Notes: generated by a model not told the origin, from the letters alone. Positions 1-5,565 are shown, counted from the stretch's first letter. The stretch: DNA of 8,566 bases from Leidyana gryllorum EB-2025a (GCA_048772705.1 JBLWGC010000155.1:1-8566); one strand, 5' to 3'. A program made the numbers and translations.

Positions 1-330
1 CTGTTGAACTCTTTGTTCCGGACGCCGATCCTACTAAACCTATCGCAGGGTCTGTTTTTGATCCATCTAGTATTGAGCGCAGTTCAGAATTGTTAGAAGT
101 ATTGTTCATGTTTTTAGTTCAGTCCACGTAATAACAAAAAGAAACGTAAGCACACGTGTGTGTCTAATCTCTGTCTCCGCTCGATTGATCTAGGAATAAT
201 AACCATGTGAAAATATTGCTAATTTGCCTAACTGAGGCATGACTATTGGAATAAGGGGGTAGCTAGCCGCAAAAACAAAGTCAGATCTATTAGGCGCGGT
301 CCGGGCTTGACTGACCACGCCCCAAACGGG

Positions 331-335
331 AAAAA
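331..335 (-). terminator. Pol III T5 terminator of tRNA-Trp
   Basis: aaaaa on + strand = TTTTT on - strand, about 14 nt downstream of the Trp 3' end. Confidence 0.6.
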
Positions 336-348
336 CATAGAGTCCGGT

Positions 349-420
349 TGAGCCCAGAGTGATTCGAACACCCAACCTTCTGATCTGGAGTCAGACGCGC
401 TACCGTTGCGCCATAGGCCC
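349..420 (-). tRNA. trnW-CCA: tRNA-Trp(CCA), intact
   Basis: Reverse complement GGGCCTATGGCGCAACGGTAGCGCG-TCTGA CT CCA GA TCAGA-AGGTTGGGTGTTCGAATCACTCTGGGCTCA; 72-nt cloverleaf. Confidence 0.95.
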
Positions 421-441
421 AAAACCATCCCCCGTTCCAGA

Positions 442-512
442 CTCATTTACCGGCAATCGGCCCGCTTCTTAGGCGTGACATGCGAAAATAGTAACCACTA
501 TGCTATCTCGGA
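442..512 (-). pseudogene. tRNA-Asp(GTC) pseudogene
   Basis: 5' half TCCGAGATAGCATAGTGGTTACTAT matches the other Asp copies; GTC retained; T arm and 3' acceptor strand decayed. Confidence 0.8.
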
Positions 513-592
513 CGCTCTGAACACGCCACGGACATTCCATTCGTTCAGAAAACGGCCGTTACCGTGTACGAGCTTCAACAACAAGGTGTCAC

Positions 593-663
593 GCATCTGT
601 GGTCTAGTGGTAGAATGTCTCGTTGCCATCGAGACGACCCGGGTTCGATTCCCGGCAGATGCA
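593..663 (+). tRNA. trnG-GCC: tRNA-Gly(GCC), intact
   Basis: GCATCTG/CAGATGC acceptor; TCTCG TT GCC AT CGAGA; CCGGG TTCGATT CCCGG; TTTT at 680-683. Confidence 0.97.
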
Positions 664-738
664 GATGACACATGGTTGCTTTTCCACCATTCAGAAATTC
701 AAGCGTGAGTTGGTGTTTAACCCTCCAACCACATCGCA

Positions 739-820
739 CGACAACTGCTGGATTTGAACCAGCGCGGGCCCGGCCCAGTAGATTTCTAGTCTACCCCCTT
801 AACCAGTCGGGCAAGTTGCC
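739..820 (-). tRNA. trnS-AGA: tRNA-Ser(AGA)
   Basis: GGCAACT/AGTTGTC acceptor, G73; GTAGA CT AGA AA TCTAC; long variable arm; 82 nt. Confidence 0.93.
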
Positions 821-890
821 GTTGTCGAACTTGGCATTTTGCGGCCAGTGGCTTCACATGCGGTTCAGCAAGCTTTACTAGGACTGCTCG

Positions 891-954
891 CGCCGCCCGA
901 ACCCGCGGTTCTCCCTTCAAAAGTCTTGCGCTCTACCGACGGAGTTGGGGCGGC
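891..954 (-). pseudogene. tRNA-Lys(TTT) pseudogene
   Basis: Aligns to the intact Lys at 7024-7096 (aaaagtcttgcgctctaccgac shared); about 9-nt deletion in the T arm; anticodon 3' stem decayed. Confidence 0.8.
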
Positions 955-1052
955 GAGAAAGCTCGGACTTGGTAACAAATTCCAGTCGTATTGATGGTGG
1001 AATCTTTCCGAGACGGTTCGGCTCTCGGCCGAAGCCTAAACTCGAGCACTTG

Positions 1053-1125
1053 TCCACTGTAGTCTACGTGGCTAGGATATGCGGCTTTCACCCGCACGAT
1101 CCGGGTTCAAGTCCCGGCAGTGGAA
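1053..1125 (+). tRNA. trnE-TTC: tRNA-Glu(TTC)
   Basis: TCCACTG/CAGTGGA; TGCGG CT TTC AC CCGCA; CCGGG TTCAAGT CCCGG. Confidence 0.92.
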
Positions 1126-1201
1126 GTCATTAGAGTACTCGATCAAAGTGCTCTGATAACTTGCGTAAATAGGGACTGATGCGTGATTCCCGGCTTGCAT
1201 T

Positions 1202-1273
1202 GCCTTCTTAGTTTAGGGGCAGAGCATTCGCTTAGTAAGCGAAAGGTCGCCGGATCGATTCCGGCAGAAGGCT
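1202..1273 (+). tRNA. trnT-AGT: tRNA-Thr(AGT), with D-stem C>T and T54>A variants
   Basis: GCCTTCT/AGAAGGC; TTCGC TT AGT AA GCGAA; T-loop ATCGATT. Confidence 0.85.
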
Positions 1274-1320
1274 TGCTGACGAGCCAATCTATCCTACAAC
1301 TGTTCCCTTCTGCGCACACT

Positions 1321-1392
1321 TAGCAGTGCGTCGTTTCGATCGACGGACCTTTGGGTTATGAGCCCAACACTCTTCCACTGAGCTACACTGCT
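1321..1392 (-). tRNA. trnM-CAT: initiator tRNA-Met(CAT), intact
   Basis: AGCAGTG/CACTGCT (A1-U72); TTGGG CT CAT AA CCCAA (three G-C pairs); T-loop ATCGAAA (A54/A60), eukaryotic initiator signatures. Confidence 0.95.
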
Positions 1393-1533
1393 TAGTCTGC
1401 AACATGTCAGAGGTAGCCGAAATGCGATTCTCGAGAGGTTAGTTGCGCTGACTGCCCTACCGAAGTGGGCTAACGAGGTGGCTGTGTTGGTTCTGAGGGC
1501 AACTCGTCCCATCGGGTCAACCGACGACCAAGA

Positions 1534-1601
1534 GGGCTGTTCTGGGAATCGAACTCAGGACTCTCTCCACCCTAAGGATCATACCACTAGACCAAACAGC
1601 C
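1534..1601 (-). pseudogene. tRNA-Pro(AGG) pseudogene
   Basis: GGCTGTTTGGTCTAGTGGTATGAT-CC TT AGG GT GG; deletion in the 5' anticodon stem; T-stem mismatch. Confidence 0.85.
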
Positions 1602-1690
1602 GCCTAGCCGGTGGTTCAACCCGCTGGGTACAGTCGAGAGACTCGTCTCACTATGTGAAGTATTACTCAATCCCATGAGGTGGGCGCAGA

Positions 1691-1763
1691 GGGAGGGTAG
1701 CCCAGATGATGAAACGGTGGCTTAGTATACGAAAGGTTCTGGGATCGATTCCCAGCCCATCCA
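1691..1763 (+). pseudogene. tRNA-Ala-derived pseudogene (anticodon now AGT)
   Basis: Ala-type T arm CTGGG ATCGATT CCCAG, G3.U70, 3' TCCA; D arm and anticodon stem decayed. Confidence 0.7.
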
Positions 1764-1857
1764 AGCTACATAGATGGAACCCTCGCCGGAGTAGTCTAGT
1801 TGGCCTGTCAACGCTGTCCATCAGGTTGAGTAGTAGTTTGCCGATCACCCCTCTACT

Positions 1858-1937
1858 TCCGGTGGGACGGAATCGAACCGCCGACTATCTGATGCCAGCA
1901 CTACAGTCAGATGCTCTACCAACTGAGCTACCCCCGG
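1858..1937 (-). tRNA. trnY-GTA: tRNA-Tyr(GTA) with 7-nt intron (1894-1900)
   Basis: CCGGGGGTAGCTCAGTTGGTAGAGCA TCTGA CT GTA G[TGCTGGC]A TCAGA ... CCACCGGA; C1-G72, A73; G5.A68 mismatch. Confidence 0.92.
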
Positions 1938-1971
1938 CCGTCCAACTGCGCCGGGGTTCGGAAGGCTCAAT

Positions 1972-2037
1972 CCCAGATCCTCGCCCTTTCGGACTCCGGT
2001 CTGAGCACAGCGCCTCAGACCACTTGGTCATCTTGCC
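1972..2037 (-). pseudogene. tRNA-Leu(CAG) pseudogene lacking T arm and 3' end
   Basis: GGCAAGATGACCAAGTGGTCTGAGGCGCTGTGCT CAG ACCGGAGTCCGAAAGGGCG aligns to Leu at 3709. Confidence 0.75.
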
Positions 2038-2131
2038 GGGATGTTGTTGGCTCGCCGCTCCACGCGTTTTCTATCCCTGGAATCTCAAGATGGAAGGACT
2101 TCTGGGGTTGCAGGCCGGCGTGTCCAAAGCG

Positions 2132-2202
2132 TCCGAGATAGTATAGTGGTTAGTATTCCGCCTGTCACGCGGAAGACCAGGGTTCGATTCTCGGTCTCGG
2201 AG
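2132..2202 (+). tRNA. trnD-GTC: tRNA-Asp(GTC), damaged (1-nt deletion at 26/27, T-stem mismatch)
   Basis: TCCGAGA/TCTCGGA G73; TCCGC CT GTC AC GCGGA; T stem CAGGG/CTCGG. Confidence 0.8.
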
Positions 2203-2338
2203 CAGTTCCAGCCCTCACAACTGGTGCAACTCAGATTTTGTCTCAGCTGGTCTGGACTTCATTCGGGATTGTACGAGTGGGAGCCGCGTATAGTAGCCGA
2301 CCTTGGAGAGACGTGGCATTGAGTCAACAACTATCAGA

Positions 2339-2409
2339 CGGCTGTTCTGGGAACCGAACCCAGGACTTTTTCCACCCGAAGGAAGAATATATAACTGGAC
2401 CAAACAGAG
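2339..2409 (-). pseudogene. tRNA-Pro(CGG) pseudogene
   Basis: Aligns to the intact Pro at 2853-2924; D loop, A58 and 5' end mutated. Confidence 0.85.
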
Positions 2410-2424
2410 CGCTGTGGGTGCGTC

Positions 2425-2497
2425 AGGTACTGGCAGGTTCCAAACCTGCGACTTCGTGGCTAAGAGACTTACACTCTGATGGCTGAGCTACGAGGCT
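2425..2497 (-). pseudogene. tRNA-Asn-derived pseudogene (loop now reads CTT)
   Basis: Colinear with Asn at 6726-6798 (ctggcaggtt..aacctgcgactt..tgagctac); anticodon stem and T loop broken. Confidence 0.8.
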
Positions 2498-2552
2498 CAG
2501 CTACGATGATTGGAGTTGCGATAAGCTTGCAGGTGCCCATTCTATGCAGTCG

Positions 2553-2624
2553 AGCCTTCTGCCGGAATCGAACCGGCGACCTTTCGCTTACTAAGCGAAT
2601 GCTCTGCCCCTAAGCTAACAAGGA
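2553..2624 (-). tRNA. trnT-AGT: tRNA-Thr(AGT), two acceptor-stem mismatches (possible pseudogene)
   Basis: 5' end TCCTTGT instead of GCCTTCT; remainder matches the Thr consensus. Confidence 0.8.
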
Positions 2625-2700
2625 AATGCAAGCCAAAGATCACGAATCAGTCACTATTGACGGAGGTTACTGGAGCACTTTGCTCGAATGGTCCAATGAC

Positions 2701-2772
2701 TTCCACTGCCGGGTCTTGAACCCGGATGTACGGGTGAGAGCCGCATAACCTAGCCACTTAGACGACAGTGGA
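2701..2772 (-). tRNA. trnE-CTC: tRNA-Glu(CTC), damaged (possible pseudogene)
   Basis: TGCGG CT CTC AC CCGTA; 1-nt variable-loop deletion and several substitutions versus the other Glu copies. Confidence 0.75.
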
Positions 2773-2852
2773 CAACTTACTCAGCTGCAGCTTTGGACGA
2801 GAGCCGACCATCTTGAGATGAGATAGAGCGTCGGGTCAACCGACAACCAACG

Positions 2853-2924
2853 GGGCTGTTCTGGGAATCGAACCCAGGACTTCTTCCACCCGAAGGAAGA
2901 ATCATACCACTAGACCAAACAGCC
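2853..2924 (-). tRNA. trnP-CGG: tRNA-Pro(CGG), intact
   Basis: GGCTGTT/AACAGCC; CTTCC TT CGG GT GGAAG; CTGGG TTCGATT CCCAG. Confidence 0.95.
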
Positions 2925-3011
2925 GGCTGTCGGTCGAGCAACCCGCTGAGTACAGTCGAGAGAGTGGTCATACGATGTTGAGAACAAAAAAATCGATGGA
3001 ATCTGCACAAC

Positions 3012-3084
3012 GGGCGACTAGCTCAAATGGTAGAGCGCTCGCTTAGCATGCGAGAGGTACTGGGATCGATGCCCAGGTCGTCCA
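3012..3084 (+). tRNA. trnA-AGC: tRNA-Ala(AGC), intact
   Basis: GGGCGAC/GTCGTCC with G3.U70; CTCGC TT AGC AT GCGAG; T-loop ATCGATG. Confidence 0.97.
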
Positions 3085-3149
3085 AACTTCGTACGGCTTC
3101 ACCTGCTGCTATTTATTTCCCGAGCTGAGATAATCGTGCCTTGTAGCCC

Positions 3150-3169
3150 TTGGACAGACCTGGGCATCG
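3150..3169 (-). repeat. short inverted copy of the tRNA-Ala 3' end
   Basis: ttggacagacctgggcatcg is the reverse complement of 3067-3085 cgatgcccaggtcgtccaa with a 1-nt insertion. Confidence 0.65.
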
Positions 3170-3360
3170 CAGTATGTGTGAACGTTGCCTCTGAGCCCGG
3201 ATTTCCGAGTTTGTATTTTACAAACACACACTCTGCCGACTTAGACACAAGAGCCGATTACAATATTCCAAAGGTCAGTAGAGAGACGCGTGTTGCATGT
3301 GTCCAGCTGAGGAGCTAGTCCGGATGGCTCTACCAACTCTTTTTCGGGAAGGACTGAATC

Positions 3361-3432
3361 GGTTACGTGGTGTAGTGGTCAGCACTGGAGACTCTAAATC
3401 TCCCGACTTATCTTCGATTCCCGGCGCGACCT
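3361..3432 (+). pseudogene. tRNA-Gln body with CTA (amber suppressor-type) anticodon, T stem disrupted
   Basis: GGTTACGTGGTGTAGTGGTCAGCACT GGAGA CT CTA AA TCTCC CGAC TTATC TTCGATT CCCGG CGCGACCT; Gln-type D arm and U73; TTTT at 3449-3452. Confidence 0.85.
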
Positions 3433-3495
3433 CGAAACTGGTCTTCACTTTTCCGTGAAGCCTCGCCACTTCTCGTGGTCTGCGGGACCTTCGCT

Positions 3496-3568
3496 GCAGC
3501 CATGGTCTAGTGGTCACGACGTCTGCTTAACACGCAGAAGGTCCCGAGTTCGATCCTCGGTGGCTGCA
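3496..3568 (+). tRNA. trnV-AAC: tRNA-Val(AAC), intact
   Basis: GCAGCCA/TGGCTGC; TCTGC TT AAC AC GCAGA; CCGAG TTCGATC CTCGG. Confidence 0.95.
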
Positions 3569-3575
3569 AGTCGCA

Positions 3576-3580
3576 TTTTT
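3576..3580 (+). terminator. Pol III T5 terminator of tRNA-Val
   Basis: TTTTT about 8 nt after the Val 3' end. Confidence 0.65.
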
Positions 3581-3621
3581 CAGGTGAGCACCACGAAATC
3601 TAAAGCGGAAAAACTAAGTGT

Positions 3622-3654
3622 CTCCAAGACCGGGAATCGTACCCGGGTCCTCCC
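3622..3654 (-). pseudogene. tRNA-Asp 3' fragment (T arm plus acceptor)
   Basis: ctccaagaccgggaatcgtacccgggtc is nearly the reverse complement of the 3' end of Asp 5312-5382. Confidence 0.75.
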
Positions 3655-3708
3655 TTCTCGACACTTCACGAAAAGAAAACGTGTCAAGTGGCGAGCCAAG
3701 AACACTCC

Positions 3709-3788
3709 GGCATGATGGCCGAGTGGTCTAAGGCGCTGTGTTAAGGCCGCAGTTCGAAAGGGCGTGGGTTCGAATCCCACTCTTGTCA
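3709..3788 (+). tRNA. trnL-AAG: tRNA-Leu(AAG)
   Basis: CTGTG TT AAG GC CGCAG; variable arm; GTGGG TTCGAAT CCCAC; one T.T acceptor mismatch. Confidence 0.92.
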
Positions 3789-3834
3789 ACCGTTGCATTG
3801 TCATCCGATTCCCCCTCCGACACTTGCCTCCTTA

Positions 3835-3915
3835 TGCGAGAAGTGGGGTTCGAACCCACGCGGAATTAACCAGTGGATCTTAAGGCCACCCCCTTAACCT
3901 CTCGGGCATTCTCGC
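3835..3915 (-). tRNA. trnL-TAA: tRNA-Leu(TAA)
   Basis: GCGAGAA/TTCTCGC A73; GTGGC CT TAA GA TCCAC (31-39 mismatch); variable arm. Confidence 0.88.
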
Positions 3916-3975
3916 AATGCAGCATCGAAATAAGTAGTCTGGGGTTCCTGCGGGTAGCCAGTGCCGACCACGTGA

Positions 3976-4018
3976 GTGGGGTCTGAACACAGCGCCTTGC
4001 CCACTAGGGCATCTTGCC
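3976..4018 (-). pseudogene. tRNA-Leu(CAG) 5' half fragment
   Basis: GGCAAGATGCCCTAGTGGGCAAGGCGCTGTGTT CAG ACC. Confidence 0.7.
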
Positions 4019-4021
4019 ACA

Positions 4022-4067
4022 TTCTGGTAGGCGCAAGTCTGCATGGGTGCGAATCCCATTCTGTGCA
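4022..4067 (+). pseudogene. tRNA-Leu-type 3' half fragment
   Basis: TTCTGG T AGGC GCAA GTCT GC ATGGG TGCGAAT CCCAT TCTGTGCA: variable arm, T arm and acceptor 3' strand. Confidence 0.65.
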
Positions 4068-4123
4068 ACGGTACTCATTCCAGGGCGGAATTGGCCATTA
4101 CATCGTGGATCCCCCTAACATTC

Positions 4124-4197
4124 GGCTGTTCGGGCTAGTGGTATGATCCTTCCTTAGGGGGTGGAAGGAGTCCTGGGTTCGATTCCTAAAACAGCCT
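4124..4197 (+). pseudogene. tRNA-Pro(AGG) pseudogene with a 2-nt expanded anticodon loop
   Basis: CTTCC TTAGGGGGT GGAAG (9-nt loop); T8>C; D- and T-stem substitutions; followed by TTTTT at 4197-4201. Confidence 0.85.
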
Positions 4198-4294
4198 TTT
4201 TGCTAGCCGTTGACGAGGGTCTAGGAGAGTTATACACGCATCCCCTGTCTCAAATACGATAACGAGTCTTGCGAACTCCGCCTACCACGTCACT

Positions 4295-4325
4295 CGACAG
4301 CTGCTAGATTCGAACCAGTGGGGCC
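4295..4325 (-). pseudogene. tRNA-Ser 3' fragment
   Basis: cgacagctgctagattcgaaccagtggggcc resembles Ser 739-770 cgacaactgctggatttgaaccagcgcgggcc. Confidence 0.65.
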
Positions 4326-4374
4326 AGGCGATACTGACGACTCAGGTGTTTAAGACAGTGAGGCTGTGGGTTGT

Positions 4375-4447
4375 GCGGTGGTGGCGCAATGGATAGCGTG
4401 TTGCCCTCCGGAGGCAAAGGTTGTGGGTTCGAGTCCCGCCCACCGTT
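4375..4447 (+). tRNA. trnR-CCG: tRNA-Arg(CCG)
   Basis: GCGGTGG/CCACCGT; TTGCC CT CCG GA GGCAA; GTGGG TTCGAGT CCCGC. Confidence 0.93.
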
Positions 4448-4488
4448 CTCGTGGTCCCGCTCAACCGTGGAATCGAGAAGAGTGGCTG

Positions 4489-4558
4489 CCATTCGCAGCC
4501 ATGCAGACTTGCGCCATCCAAACTCAAGTTTGGCACCGCAGGCCACCGCGATCTGTGC
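4489..4558 (-). pseudogene. tRNA-Leu-type (probably CAA) pseudogene
   Basis: 5' GCACAGA complements the TCTGTGC end of fragment 4022-4067; shares GGCGCAAGTCTGCATGG.TGCGAAT with it. Confidence 0.6.
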
Positions 4559-4636
4559 CGCAGTGTTGAGCTTGAGGGCTCGAAGTGCCACTGTTGAGGA
4601 ACCGAGGCTGGAAAAGTTCGCTTGGGTTTAGCGGAT

Positions 4637-4706
4637 AGGCGGCTATCACAAGTGCCAGAGAGGTGACTTTGCAGGCCAAATGTGCGGGGGTCGATACCAG
4701 GTCGAG
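4637..4706 (+). pseudogene. possible highly decayed tRNA-Ala(TGC) remnant
   Basis: ggcggcta..caagtg..agag / tttgca / gggggtcgatacc aggtcg loosely follows the Ala layout. Confidence 0.35.
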
Positions 4707-4767
4707 GAGCTCTCGAAGAAAAGACGCCTGTGAATCATTCTTATAAGTATGTCCCCCTGCGGGCGCT

Positions 4768-4822
4768 CACCAGTGCGTCGTTTCGATCGATGGAACTTTG
4801 GGTCATGAGCCCAACACTCTCC
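4768..4822 (-). pseudogene. initiator tRNA-Met pseudogene, 5' part disrupted
   Basis: cagtgcgtcgtttcgatcga.gga.ctttgggt.atgagcccaacactct matches 1324-1373. Confidence 0.85.
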
Positions 4823-4927
4823 TCGTGTCTCTGTGAGTGCTACAGCCTCTGTGGTCTAACGGCAAAATGCGAGCGTGCTGAGGTCGTAACGCGGACTGAG
4901 TTCCCGCAGGTGCAGCCGTATGCAAGT

Positions 4928-4993
4928 TGGACGACCTGTCTATCGATCTCATCTAGCATGTCAATGAGCACTCTACCCTTTGAGCTAGCGGTC
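4928..4993 (-). pseudogene. tRNA-Ala(AGC) pseudogene
   Basis: tggacgacctg..atcgat..gcatg..gagc.ctctacc.tttgagctag colinear with Ala 6223-6295; 3' flank (cagccgta) also shared. Confidence 0.8.
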
Positions 4994-5123
4994 TCCAACT
5001 TAGAGGAGCTATTGCATGCCCTGCTTGATGAGTGGACGATTGCCCGTTGAGAATCTGCGGAACGCTGCTGGCAAGCTGGAGTCGCACGCCTGTGAGGGAT
5101 GACACCAAATATTACAACCTCTC

Positions 5124-5196
5124 TGCCTCGGCCGTGGATCGAACACGGGACTTCCAGATCTTCAGTCTGGCGCTCTCCCAACTGAGCTACCGAGGC
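5124..5196 (-). tRNA. trnF-GAA: tRNA-Phe(GAA), intact
   Basis: GCCTCGG/CCGAGGC; CCAGA CT GAA GA TCTGG; CCGTG TTCGATC CACGG. Confidence 0.97.
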
Positions 5197-5311
5197 GGTA
5201 GGTGGTCACGGAAGGCGGTGAAGATGAGCACCTACCGCGGCCGTATGTGGGGCCACTGCCCGCTCAAAATGCGAGGACTTCTGGGGTTGGAGGCCGGCGT
5301 GTTTACTAGCG

Positions 5312-5382
5312 TCCGAGATAGTATAGTGGTCAGTATTCCGCCTGTCACGCGGAAGACCCGGGTTCGATTCCCGGTCTTGGAG
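5312..5382 (+). tRNA. trnD-GTC: tRNA-Asp(GTC), 1-nt deletion at 26/27
   Basis: TCCGAGA/TCTTGGA; TCCGC CT GTC AC GCGGA; intact T arm. Confidence 0.85.
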
Positions 5383-5494
5383 CAGTTCCAGCCCTCACAA
5401 CTGCTGCAACTCAGATTTTGCCTCAGCTGGTCTGGACTTCATCCGGGATGGTGGAGTTTGCGAGCAGCTTGCAGGTGCCCAGTCGATGCACTCG

Positions 5495-5565
5495 AGCCTT
5501 CTGCCCGAATCGAACCGGCGACCTTTCACTTACTAAGCGAATGCTCTGCCCCAAGCTAAGAAGGC
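5495..5565 (-). tRNA. trnT-AGT: tRNA-Thr(AGT), damaged (A14 deleted, T-stem mismatch; possible pseudogene)
   Basis: Colinear with the other Thr copies, 71 nt. Confidence 0.75.

Larger units (their letters stand above)
1019..1277. repeat. Glu-Thr module duplicated in inverted orientation at about 2549-2806
   Basis: Spacer gtcattagagtactcgatcaaagtgctc matches the reverse complement of gagcactttgctcgaatggtccaatgac. Confidence 0.85.
1534..2680. repeat. segment duplicated in inverted orientation at about 7170-8149
   Basis: Same order Pro, Ala-psi, Tyr, Leu-psi, Asp, Asn-psi, Thr with matching spacers (e.g. gactcgtctcactatgtgaagta versus tacttcacatagtgagacgagtc). Confidence 0.9.

Noticed and set aside
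2425-2497. tRNA-Lys(CTT) from the loop sequence
   Set aside because: The body aligns to Asn(GTT) and the anticodon stem does not pair; it is a decayed Asn.
3081-3084. Apparent encoded CCA tail on tRNA-Ala
   Set aside because: The CCA is C71-C72-A73 of the acceptor stem and discriminator, not positions 74-76.
3328-3339. gctctaccaact, reverse complement of a D-loop/A-box
   Set aside because: Only 12 nt with no accompanying arms; too short to call.
4489-4558. tRNA-Sec or Ser(TGA) suggested by the TTGA loop and long variable arm
   Set aside because: No TCA anticodon and no extended Sec acceptor/D stems; it shares sequence with the Leu-type fragment at 4022-4067 ending in A73.
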